Of a stretch of DNA of 64,000 nucleotides, positions 37,050-45,931 are shown one piece after another (within the stretch, counting starts at the first letter, position 1; every line of letters begins with the position of its first letter). Source of the DNA: Methanobacteriota archaeon (lineage in GTDB: Archaea > Thermoplasmatota > Poseidoniia > Poseidoniales > Poseidoniaceae). The DNA lies in assembly GCA_038130705.1 (NCBI GenBank), contig JAYPOA010000001.1:2333-66332 (forward strand). The letters run 5' to 3'. A program made the translations under genes and the position numbers. Under the pieces are notes generated by a model. It saw nothing but the letters and a program-made list of their open reading frames with translations. It was not told where the DNA came from and did not search any database.

Positions 37050-38744
37050 ATGGGGGACAAAGGGACTCTACTTTCAGAACTCCATCAAGCAAGACTTGAG
37101 ACGCTGAAAGAGATGTGCCTCAAACACGGAATCTCTCGTAATGGCCCAGTCGAAGTGATAAGAGCTAGACTGATTACAGAACTAATTTTAGACGAATGGG
37201 ACCTATCTCCAGAAGGTCTTAATTCAATCATGAATAACCAAATGGGAGATATCCTTGCAGTTTATGGAGTAAAGAAGTCAGGTTCTATAAGAGAGCGTAA
37301 ACAAAGGCTATATCTCCATCTGAATCATGATCCTAAACAGTTATCACCAGAAAAACTGGATGAACTATCCAGAGAAAAATTACACGAACTGTGTGTAAAG
37401 TTAGACCTACCACGGTCGGGAACCAAGCAAGCATTACTGCTGAGAGTTGCCGGTGTTTTAACCTCCCAAAATGGTTCATGGGGAGTAATCAAGAAAAGTC
37501 TAAGGAGACCAAGAGGGAAAGTAAAGGCGATTGCAATTCCTTCTCCTGATGACGAAATAGAAATGGCGGTTACTACTGAACCTAAGCCTTCTCCACAAAT
37601 AATCGAAGAAGTTATTGAAATTCTTGATGAACCCATTGTCGAAGTTATTCAAACTCCTCCTGTGATTGAATACGAACCTGAAAAAGTAGATATTCCAGAA
37701 CAAGTTTATGTTGAAACAATCAATCCTGAACCAGTTATGGAATATACTGAATCTGTAATGGAAATAGAAGCACGAATTGCTGAAGTAGATGCCCTGTGCA
37801 GAGAATTCTTGTTAGTTGGTTCGGTTCATGATATAGAAGATGTAGAAGCATTCATTTCAAGCCTCTCTAACCACGGAATTAACGTTGAGGACCCAAATGT
37901 TTCAAACTTTGTAAGAGGACGGTTGTCGGAATTAAATCTGGTCGCTATTGCTGAAAAAGAAGCAATTAATTCACTTCCTAATTCTTGGAGGGAGAGAGAA
38001 GCTCTTCGAAGGTTCGAGGAAGCAAGACAGGTTCTGCGAGATTCGCTTCCTGAAATTATTGCAGAACACTCTGGAGATATGGTCAAAGCAAGAGTGGCAT
38101 TTGAAGACAAAGCAAGAAGCTTAGCACTCGATTTGAGACTACCTTCGGTATCAGGCAGATTACACGCTTTGTTTGACCTGCAGATTTCTTTAGACGAAGA
38201 AATTGCTTCAACAGATCCTAAGACCGCAAGAAGAACAAGGGTTGCAAGAATATTACAACACGGTGCTATTCATTTAACTTCAGAACAACGTTCGAGCTTG
38301 GATAGATTGGAAAGAAATATGGATGGTTTCGAGCAACTTGCAATTACAATATTTGAACGTTCAGAAGGAGTATACGGAGAGTCTCAACAAGCATTGATTA
38401 TTAGATTCTTGGAAAAGAAAGGCTACAATGTAAACACTGCTGACCTTAGGCCTAGAGTTGTAGCAGCAGCAGGAATAATAGGAGCAGAGCTAGGATTTAT
38501 TTCACCAGCAGACATTCCAAGGCTCGCTCCTGGAATCAAAGTTTCAGATACGGAAGTCGAATCAATAATTACCGATTTGAAGAGACTTGCACAGCAATTC
38601 AAACCTCAAAATGATGAACCTCAAGATGAAGAAGAAGAATTAGCGGAATCTGTTGCTGATGCTTCTGATAGAGTTTCCTCAATTAAGAGAAAAATCGACG
38701 GAGTTGATGACCTCCTTGCAAGGTTAAAGATTTCAAACAACTAA
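37050..38744 (+). CDS. Protein with three N-terminal SAP-like DNA-binding motifs, acidic Pro/Glu linker and helical C-terminus
   Basis: LKEMCLKHGISRNG...IRARL; DILAVYGVKKSG...RKQRL; LHELCVKLDLPRSGTKQALLLRV; ATG 37050 with GAGGT RBS. Confidence 0.7.
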   Translation: MGDKGTLLSELHQARLETLKEMCLKHGISRNGPVEVIRARLITELILDEWDLSPEGLNSIMNNQMGDILAVYGVKKSGSIRERKQRLYLHLNHDPKQLSPEKLDELSREKLHELCVKLDLPRSGTKQALLLRVAGVLTSQNGSWGVIKKSLRRPRGKVKAIAIPSPDDEIEMAVTTEPKPSPQIIEEVIEILDEPIVEVIQTPPVIEYEPEKVDIPEQVYVETINPEPVMEYTESVMEIEARIAEVDALCREFLLVGSVHDIEDVEAFISSLSNHGINVEDPNVSNFVRGRLSELNLVAIAEKEAINSLPNSWREREALRRFEEARQVLRDSLPEIIAEHSGDMVKARVAFEDKARSLALDLRLPSVSGRLHALFDLQISLDEEIASTDPKTARRTRVARILQHGAIHLTSEQRSSLDRLERNMDGFEQLAITIFERSEGVYGESQQALIIRFLEKKGYNVNTADLRPRVVAAAGIIGAELGFISPADIPRLAPGIKVSDTEVESIITDLKRLAQQFKPQNDEPQDEEEELAESVADASDRVSSIKRKIDGVDDLLARLKISNN

Positions 38745-39976
38745 CGTGTCGCATAGAATCCTTGGATTACTTTGGTCACAGTCTCGATATCTCTGATATC
38801 CCTTTGAAGTAAATCTGCAAGAATCTGTTCCCTTTGCTTAACATGCTGTTCAAATTGTGCAGGAGTGATACCTGCCGCAGAACAAATAGTTTCTCTCATC
38901 TTTGAAGGAATTCCTGTCTCTTCAATCCTATCTGTAGCAGCGTTATACTTCCAAATAGCGTTCAGCCTTGGTTTATCTCCTTCCATACCAGCAACCTCTG
39001 CAACCTCAGTTATCTTTCTAGCAGTTTTGCCATTAACGTACAACCTTGCTTGAATGATGATTAAATCCAGTCCTGTCAGCATAATTGGAGGTACATTCAT
39101 TGGTGGATTGATCATCCTTGTAATTGTCTCCATAGCTGTATTTGCGTGCAGTGAACCGAATGAACCATCGTGTCCAGTGTTCATTGCGGTTAGCAATGTA
39201 GCGCATTCGCTGGATCTAACTTCACCCACAATTATTCGATCAGGCCTCATTCTGAGGCTGGATTTCAAACAATCATTCATGTCAACTTCTGGAGTACCAT
39301 CTGGCCTTTCTCTTCTTGTCTCCATTCTTAGCCAGTGGTCGTGGTATACTTGCAATTCAGCAGTATCCTCTACTGTTAGTAATCTCTTGTGCCATGGTAT
39401 GTACATACCAAGACAGTTCAGAGTTGTAGTTTTACCTGAACCTGTACCACCTGCAATTACGAAATTTGCAGGCCTGCTATCAAGACCCTCTATCCATACC
39501 CACATCATAGCTGCTAATCTTAGGTTAACTGTTCCAAACTTAATCAAATCAATCATAGTTAGAGGATCTTCTCTAAATTTACGTATTGTTAGAGTAGGGC
39601 CGTCAGGAGAAACAGGAGGTATCGTCCCGTTTACACGGCTTCCGTCTGGCAATCTTCCATCAAAGATAGGAACTAATCCGGGACCATCTCCCAGTGGCAC
39701 TGAGGTAAATGCAGCAATATTTTTGGCAATTTCAAGCCCTTGTTGGTCATCTACCCATACATTTGTTCTACACATGCCAAAGTCCCTGTGAGCTACTTTT
39801 ACGCATTGTGTTCCTCCATTGTACATCACTTCTTCCAGATTATCATCTTCAAGAAGCGCCGCCAAATTTCCGTAAGGATTTGGTTCTACTCCGCCATCTA
39901 CGTGGTACATCGGTGAAGGATGATTACCTTCCATGTACACCGTTACTCTTCCATATTGTGCCAAAATGTCTTGCAT
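38741..39976 (-). CDS. TadA/CpaF/VirB11-family secretion ATPase
   Basis: DGRLPDGSR, LTIRKF, GGTGSGKTT, VEDTAEL, LRMRPDRIIVGEVR, MNTGH...SLHAN. Confidence 0.95.
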   Translation of the reverse strand: MQDILAQYGRVTVYMEGNHPSPMYHVDGGVEPNPYGNLAALLEDDNLEEVMYNGGTQCVKVAHRDFGMCRTNVWVDDQQGLEIAKNIAAFTSVPLGDGPGLVPIFDGRLPDGSRVNGTIPPVSPDGPTLTIRKFREDPLTMIDLIKFGTVNLRLAAMMWVWIEGLDSRPANFVIAGGTGSGKTTTLNCLGMYIPWHKRLLTVEDTAELQVYHDHWLRMETRRERPDGTPEVDMNDCLKSSLRMRPDRIIVGEVRSSECATLLTAMNTGHDGSFGSLHANTAMETITRMINPPMNVPPIMLTGLDLIIIQARLYVNGKTARKITEVAEVAGMEGDKPRLNAIWKYNAATDRIEETGIPSKMRETICSAAGITPAQFEQHVKQREQILADLLQRDIRDIETVTKVIQGFYATR

Positions 39977-39980
39977 TTAC

Positions 39981-40721
39981 TTAACCTCCTATTACTAATA
40001 CACCTACGTGATAAATTGACATTGATACAGCCATCCATAGTGGAGCCCACCAAAGGGCTGCTCGTAATCGGCCTAGCATTCTTCCACTAACTCCTATTGC
40101 GACAAGAGAAGCGGCACCAAAGAACATGGTGAAAGATGAATTAAACGATTCAAGTTGGAAACCTTGACTTCTCGGTGCGAAAAGACCAACGATAAACGCG
40201 ATCAAAAATGGTAATCCTATAGAAACAAACAAAATAATTAGGATGGATCTTCCCATTAAATCAGATTCTCTACGATTCATCAAATCGTTTAGTCTTTCAT
40301 AATCTCTTGACATGTCTGCTAGTATGTTTTGAAGAGGTGCATCTTGTTCTATAGCAGTGGACATAAGGTGCATTACCCTCTGAACTTGGGGTGAACGTGA
40401 CTTCGTAGCAAAGTTTGCTAATGCGGAATCAAAAGATGATGCATGGCTTTCTTCTAGGGTTTCACGAAGTAACTTTCCAAGCATGCCCGTATTTCGGTCT
40501 GCTTCTGCCATCATTGCCTGCTGTAATCCAAGACCCGCACCCAATGAATCGGATAATGCTTCGAGCATTGCAGGAAGGTCATTCTCGATATTTCTCCTTC
40601 TTGACCTCTCTAACATTGGAGGGACTCCTCCGATAGCACAAGCGATGCTCATCGTGATTAAAAATAATAAAAATGGCTCATTTCTGAACATTTCAAGAAT
40701 TTCAAACAGCATTAATATCAC
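39981..40721 (-). CDS. TadC-like (T2SS F) membrane platform protein
   Basis: RRRNIENDLPAMLEALSDSLGAGLGLQQAM T2SSF motif and several TM helices. Confidence 0.85.
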   Translation of the reverse strand: MILMLFEILEMFRNEPFLLFLITMSIACAIGGVPPMLERSRRRNIENDLPAMLEALSDSLGAGLGLQQAMMAEADRNTGMLGKLLRETLEESHASSFDSALANFATKSRSPQVQRVMHLMSTAIEQDAPLQNILADMSRDYERLNDLMNRRESDLMGRSILIILFVSIGLPFLIAFIVGLFAPRSQGFQLESFNSSFTMFFGAASLVAIGVSGRMLGRLRAALWWAPLWMAVSMSIYHVGVLVIGG

Positions 40722-41290
40722 AACCCCGGGTCCTTTGTATGTGCTTTCAGACCAATTAATGCCATACCTGCTACTGTCAAAAATAACCCTGCATTAACAA
40801 TGCTCATGATTAATCCCTGGTCGAAACTGCCGAACAACTCTTCAGCGCCTTCCATCAACTGAGGAGCTATTCCCAAAATGGAAAGAATAATCGGGCCAAT
40901 CATACCAATTGAAAGGAGTGTTTCTGGAACACCGCCTAATTCTTCGATATATTCCTTGACCTTTTCAGTTCTTGATTCTTCCATTCTCTCTCCTTGTTTT
41001 CGGAGGGTGTCAATTATGTCAGTATTTTGAGTGATATTATTGATCATGGTGTTAATCAATCTCTTGTATCCATCTGTTTCTGATTTCTTTAGAATTGAGC
41101 GAAGTTCTCTTTCGAGAGGTGTTCCCTTGTTAATTCCCTTCATCAATTCAGCAAAATCTTTGGAAATAATACCGTATCCACCTTGTGATATTGAATGTAT
41201 AGCGGCTTCCAATCCAACTCCTGAGCCTAGGAGAACACTAAGGGTTCTTATCACATACAATACTTCTTTAGACTCATCTAATGAGCGCAA
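40718..41290 (-). CDS. TadB/TadC-like (T2SS F) membrane platform protein, short
   Basis: EVLYVIRTLSVLLGSGVGLEAAI...GYGIISKDF; two C-terminal TM; TTG start with GAGGTGA RBS. Confidence 0.85.
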   Translation of the reverse strand: MRSLDESKEVLYVIRTLSVLLGSGVGLEAAIHSISQGGYGIISKDFAELMKGINKGTPLERELRSILKKSETDGYKRLINTMINNITQNTDIIDTLRKQGERMEESRTEKVKEYIEELGGVPETLLSIGMIGPIILSILGIAPQLMEGAEELFGSFDQGLIMSIVNAGLFLTVAGMALIGLKAHTKDPGL

Positions 41291-41299
41291 TCAATCACC

Positions 41300-41653
41300 T
41301 CAACGGATATCTTCAATGAATTCAAACTTATACAATCCTTCAGTACCATCATATGACATTTTACTGAAAACTGTCTTGACATCTCTCTCCTCAAAAGGAT
41401 CGTGGATGTATGGCTGACCTGCCCTGAACATCTTGAGTACTTTCTTGTAGTCCTCTAAGTTCATTTCTCCTCTGACTGTGTATACTGCTGATTCAGCACC
41501 TTCATCGACTAAATCATCACCTTCGCCGCCGTGTAGAACTGTTCTTGTCATTCTTCGTGCTATAGCAACCGAAATATCGGCGTTAGGAAGCCTAACCCAA
41601 TCCGAACTTGATGTACCACTCGCTGGTCGAATGAAGAAATCTGTACCTGCCAT
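41300..41653 (-). CDS. Small soluble protein resembling phage tail-tube initiator/Dit/GpU/DNA-circulation N-terminal fold
   Basis: RR....LHGGEGDDLVDEG....YTVRG...(helix)...PYIHDPF....V.......Y.FEFIE pattern; first gene of the Tad operon, AGGTGA RBS. Confidence 0.5.
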   Translation of the reverse strand: MAGTDFFIRPASGTSSSDWVRLPNADISVAIARRMTRTVLHGGEGDDLVDEGAESAVYTVRGEMNLEDYKKVLKMFRAGQPYIHDPFEERDVKTVFSKMSYDGTEGLYKFEFIEDIR

Positions 41654-41708
41654 TTGCTCACCTTAACCCAGCGAGGAAGAGACAAGGACTTGAACGTGTT
41701 GGTCGATA

Positions 41709-42647
41709 TTATTCTGTAATTTTGAACCACCCAAACCTGGGCTCGTGAATCTCACCATCATCAGATAAGTCATCAAGAGCACTTTCAGCAGAGTCTCTAT
41801 CAAAACCTCTTGCAGCTGCGTTGTTTAGTATACTATCAAAATCAACGCCTTCGCCTTTATCTAACCTTTTGATTAAATCAAGTATTGTTTGATTTATTTC
41901 TCCGCCTTCAGATTCTTCATCGGCATTAACTCCATCTTGTGATTCAACAGATAAACTCTGTTGATTATCTGAGGAAACTGGCGCTGTTATCGTAATCGCT
42001 TTATCCTCTGCGATGTCTAATGTCTGTAAGATATTCAACCTGTAAGATTCTATGTCTATTTCTCCATAGTGTTCACTTGCCAACAAGATACCTTCAATCA
42101 TATTTTCAGGCACGCCTGCTGTGGAAAGGCCATCTATTGATTTCTCCGAGTTAACTGATTTTTCATGAGCATCAATTCTACCTAACATGCTCCTTGCGGC
42201 TTTGATTAACCATTGGCGATATGCAGTTCTTGAGATAACAGCTGCCTCTTCTGGCCTCAGACTTGTGAATACGGCTCCCTCATCATTTTGGAAATACCTT
42301 GCCTTTGCTGTCATCATTAACATAATTGTTTCACCATCATCAATTCTTTGAGATAATTGGATAATTAATTCCCTCATAGATTCCGCTGCATAATCTCCTA
42401 CAGAGAAATAGTGTAATCCTGATGGATCTCTTAATTGCCCTTGCCATATAGTAGCACCATTTGCTGTCTCTCTTGGTTCTAATCTCTCAATCAATCCGGC
42501 AACGATAACTCTGTTTACTTTAGCTCCCAATTTTGTTATCAAGAATAATGGGTCATATTCACCTGAACCTTGTTGATGCAAGGTTGATTCCCCAAATTCT
42601 GATGCTAACAAAGGTAAAGCTGGCTGTCTTCTAATTCTTGCTTGCAT
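41709..42647 (-). CDS. RPA2/RPA32-like protein (OB fold plus C-terminal winged helix)
   Basis: LGAKVNRVIVAG, LRDPSG, SLRPE; C-terminal wH ...L...GEIHEPRFG; TGATG overlap with rpa1. Confidence 0.85.
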   Translation of the reverse strand: MQARIRRQPALPLLASEFGESTLHQQGSGEYDPLFLITKLGAKVNRVIVAGLIERLEPRETANGATIWQGQLRDPSGLHYFSVGDYAAESMRELIIQLSQRIDDGETIMLMMTAKARYFQNDEGAVFTSLRPEEAAVISRTAYRQWLIKAARSMLGRIDAHEKSVNSEKSIDGLSTAGVPENMIEGILLASEHYGEIDIESYRLNILQTLDIAEDKAITITAPVSSDNQQSLSVESQDGVNADEESEGGEINQTILDLIKRLDKGEGVDFDSILNNAAARGFDRDSAESALDDLSDDGEIHEPRFGWFKITE

Positions 42648-44347
42648 CAGTTTAGCCCCCATCTTGCTCTAATTTCAGTCGCTTCCATTACAGAATCCAA
42701 CTCAACAATCGATGCTGAATCAGATAACAGCATCGCACCTTGTTCGTCTACAATCGTTCGACCGCTGGCAGATAACTCTCTTCCAAGTACTTTTTCTCGG
42801 AGTAATTGTATGAATTCCATAGAACCATTATCAGAAATTGCATTTTTTATTTGTTCCATCGACATTTCCATAATTCCTTCTGAAGAATCTTTATTCAAAA
42901 TCAATGAAATTGTGGAAATCCCGTCATCTAGTACTAATCTGAATCTTAAATCTTGAACTCCATCTTGAGCCCCATGCGTTGCACATTCACCGTCTCTTAG
43001 GACTCTCCTGCAATCGGTACATCTCGAGATGATACCCGAATCCTCTCTAACAGAAACGACCGTTCCTCTTGTAGAAATTCCCACTCTGCTTGCGCCAGTT
43101 GTTAAATCAGATAGTTGGACCTCAACCAAATTATTGCTCAAGTCGATATCTGAACCCCATGGAGCGCCTGCTAGAACTTCGATTTGGTTAGAATTATCAA
43201 TAGTAACATCAGGAATTCCTTGCCATGCTCTGACTCTTGCACCCTTGACTCTCACAACCACCGGCATTTCCTCAAAATCAAAAGGTGGTTCTGTCCAGAT
43301 TGAACATCGACATTTTCCTGTTGGGTCTGCTATATCTCCAGACCAAACGCTTTTCGATTCACCCTCTGACCCGGTAAAATCTCTTTTTACCATCTTTTGT
43401 ATCTCGAAAACTATGTCAACATCTCTGGAACCATCTCTGAGGTCCTCGATTTTAGATACTGATTGAGCATTCAGTTCTTCTGCGGACGAGAAATTTGCAT
43501 CGTGGAATATTTCAATTCTTGAAGAACTACCAATATTGATTTCAGGTGTGTCTCTGAACACTCTTACCTGAGCATTTTCGATTTTTACTAAGGTTCCAAC
43601 TTCGTGTGTAAATGGCTCCCATGATAGGAATCCAATTGTTCCACTCTCGTCAGCAATTCGCCCTCTTACGACATCTATAGAACCAGAGCCGTCTTTACGA
43701 TGAATAACATCTTCTCGAGAAACAAGAACCCTTCCAACGATGCTTACTGTTCCATCAGATTTAATGGAGGAGATATCAACTGGTTCCCCTGGAGTTACTA
43801 CCGTTCTGACTCCTTCTTTTAGAACGGCGATCCTGCTTGACTGATTTATATTTAGACTCATCTTACCCTGATATTCATTCACTGAAACTCCTTCTAACCT
43901 AACTACAGAACCAGGCATCAAGTTTGGGTTGTTACCCCAATCTTTGTATTCCCATCGATTCTTTGTGGCTCCAGTTTCATTCCATGGTTGATCTTCAAGC
44001 AAGCCATAAGGTACGACTTTCTCTTCACCACGCACCATTGTTGTGCGTGGATTGTGAGTAATAATCTGAACTTCAACCTCCACATTACGGTCATCTGCTG
44101 ACAGATCGGTTAGTAATTCTACTTTCTTCGCTGGTTGTGTTTGTTTCTGACCAGAACTTTGACTCTGTGTTGTTGGAGCAACTCCAGTTTCTGTCTGGAA
44201 TCTTCTCAATACCGAGCGTATTGCGTCCTCAGGAGGTATCAAGAAATCCTTTTCATATCTTGCAAAGGCTTCAGCCACTTTAACAGGGTCAGCTTCGGGA
44301 ACCTGTTTTATGACTTCTGAGACGTGTGCGTCATAATTATCTGACAC
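42647..44347 (-). CDS. rpa1: Replication protein A large subunit (multiple OB folds plus Zn finger)
   Basis: Repeated OB motifs (IADESGTI..LSW, IADPTGKC..SIW), RCTDCRR...CATHG, DLRFRLVLDDG; GTG 44347 follows GAGGTGG RBS. Confidence 0.9.
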   Translation of the reverse strand: MSDNYDAHVSEVIKQVPEADPVKVAEAFARYEKDFLIPPEDAIRSVLRRFQTETGVAPTTQSQSSGQKQTQPAKKVELLTDLSADDRNVEVEVQIITHNPRTTMVRGEEKVVPYGLLEDQPWNETGATKNRWEYKDWGNNPNLMPGSVVRLEGVSVNEYQGKMSLNINQSSRIAVLKEGVRTVVTPGEPVDISSIKSDGTVSIVGRVLVSREDVIHRKDGSGSIDVVRGRIADESGTIGFLSWEPFTHEVGTLVKIENAQVRVFRDTPEINIGSSSRIEIFHDANFSSAEELNAQSVSKIEDLRDGSRDVDIVFEIQKMVKRDFTGSEGESKSVWSGDIADPTGKCRCSIWTEPPFDFEEMPVVVRVKGARVRAWQGIPDVTIDNSNQIEVLAGAPWGSDIDLSNNLVEVQLSDLTTGASRVGISTRGTVVSVREDSGIISRCTDCRRVLRDGECATHGAQDGVQDLRFRLVLDDGISTISLILNKDSSEGIMEMSMEQIKNAISDNGSMEFIQLLREKVLGRELSASGRTIVDEQGAMLLSDSASIVELDSVMEATEIRARWGLN

Positions 44348-44441
44348 AACTTCCACCTCTAGAGAATAAATTCGTTCTTTTACCCGTCAAAGACGGGTAT
44401 TCTGGCTCTTGTGCGGTTTGGTTTAGTTTTTTGTTGGGCAC
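44337..44441 (-). other. Candidate 34-codon leader ORF overlapping the rpa1 start, containing a perfect hairpin
   Basis: GGAGGTGA RBS at 44448-44455, GTG 44441, MPNKKLNQTAQEPEYPSLTGKRTNLFSRGGSCVR*; TACCCGTC-AAA-GACGGGTA at 44381-44399. Confidence 0.4.
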
Positions 44442-44524
44442 TGCCTTTCACCTCCGGGACATCGCAACTCATGGAGACGGTTCTTGAAGATGTCTGCAAC
44501 ACTTTCCAAAAATTAAAAGTGAAA

Positions 44525-45931
44525 TTAAGCAGGATTTATTCTCAACCCATCCATTAGGAGCACATCCGGAACATGCATTGAACCAGTACTGTATGAACCT
44601 TTGCGAATTTTTGAAGAACCTAAAATTACATTTCCTGAAAGAGCCTTCGCCATATTGCCAGAAAATCCTGCTTGAGATAGTGCACCTTGTATTTCTCCGT
44701 TTACAACCTTGAGAATTGTGGAAGTAGTTACCGAGAAATCTCCGCTAGTCGGATTAGCAGTGTGTGCGCCCATCACGCTGTGAACAATGTATCCTTGTTC
44801 CATCTCTTCTACCAACTTTTCACGTGAAAACGTCTGTGAATTCGAGCTTAGAATCAAATCACTACAACCACAAACTGGAGGAGAAGTGTGGCCACCTCTA
44901 ACTGCAGAACCAGTGGTTGCGGCTGACTCAACTTTGCCTTCATGCATCATTTTAGCAGCGTCCCTGGTAGACCATAGTTCTCCTTGCAATCGTCCAGATT
45001 CAACTATCGTTTGAGTCATGCTGGGTACACCCTCTGCGTCTCTTGAACCAGAGGACATGCCACCCTCCATTAATCCATCATCGACTAAAGTTAGATGCTC
45101 AGCCATTACATTTTGACCCATTTTTCCAGACCAAAATGATTCTCCACGTGCAAGTTTTTCTCCACTTATAGCACTCGGGACTACCACTGAAAATAGAGGA
45201 GAGAAACCATCACTGGTCATTAATACAGGACAATCCTCGGTATCGCCTCCTTTAATTTTGTCACGTGTCACTTGGGCCCAGTGCACTGCTTTATCAACGC
45301 TAGAAGTGATTTCAGTTAGCATCTGTCGTGAGGATTCACCTTCGTAAGAGGATGTCAAATCATCATCCTCATCGATAGAAACGTGTATTCCAATCCCGTG
45401 TGAGGTATGGATACCGCCATCTTCTATCCCGTTACTAGTAACAATCACATCAGCTCCAGCGCCAATACCTATTCCACCACCTACTGCGACAGCTCTCTCA
45501 TCCAATTCAGTAACCCTTTCAATTACAAAATCTCCTTGCGAAAGTAAATCCTCTGGACCTAAATCAAGAATTTTCTTGTCCAGCATCCCACCGACTTTAC
45601 TTGCGGAGCGATTTGTTGGCAATTCAAAACCTTCGATACTAGGCGACATCTTTGCTATACTAAGAGCTTGTTCGATGGCGTGGCCTGCAGAATTAGGGTC
45701 AACAAGATGGGCATAACCGTATCTTCCATCCTGAACTAATCTGATTCCAAATCCTCCGTCTCCTCCGCCCGATGCCATTGAAATTTTACCAGCTTCGATA
45801 TCCAATGAATGGCCATATCCTTGAGTAGCGTATATTTCCCATTGAGAAACGCCAAGCGTTTCGCATGTTTTACCAATCTGTTCAGCTGAACTGAATAACC
45901 TCTCAACCGCGTCATCGGGAATCAAAATCAT
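44525..45931 (-). CDS. TldE/PmbA-family protein
   Basis: GIRLVQDGRYG, LTLVDDG, DAEGVP, TTGSA.RG, NPTSGDFS; no HExxxH. Confidence 0.9.
   Translation of the reverse strand: MILIPDDAVERLFSSAEQIGKTCETLGVSQWEIYATQGYGHSLDIEAGKISMASGGGDGGFGIRLVQDGRYGYAHLVDPNSAGHAIEQALSIAKMSPSIEGFELPTNRSASKVGGMLDKKILDLGPEDLLSQGDFVIERVTELDERAVAVGGGIGIGAGADVIVTSNGIEDGGIHTSHGIGIHVSIDEDDDLTSSYEGESSRQMLTEITSSVDKAVHWAQVTRDKIKGGDTEDCPVLMTSDGFSPLFSVVVPSAISGEKLARGESFWSGKMGQNVMAEHLTLVDDGLMEGGMSSGSRDAEGVPSMTQTIVESGRLQGELWSTRDAAKMMHEGKVESAATTGSAVRGGHTSPPVCGCSDLILSSNSQTFSREKLVEEMEQGYIVHSVMGAHTANPTSGDFSVTTSTILKVVNGEIQGALSQAGFSGNMAKALSGNVILGSSKIRKGSYSTGSMHVPDVLLMDGLRINPA

Noticed and set aside
39054..39791. 245-aa plus-strand ORF and similar antisense ORFs (e.g. 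28363-28914, 61898-62422, 11824-12327)
   Set aside because: They are shadow frames opposite well-supported genes, with Ser/Ile/Pro-rich composition and no motifs.
38741..41290. Archaellum (FlaI/FlaJ) locus
   Set aside because: No flaH or archaellins, and two short TadB/C-type genes rather than one long FlaJ.
41300..41653. Prophage remnant
   Set aside because: No capsid, terminase, portal or other tail genes; the gene is embedded in a cellular operon with a strong RBS.
44337..44441. Programmed frameshift fusing the leader ORF to rpa1 at the A-run
   Set aside because: The rpa1 frame has a TGA between the A-run and the rpa1 start.
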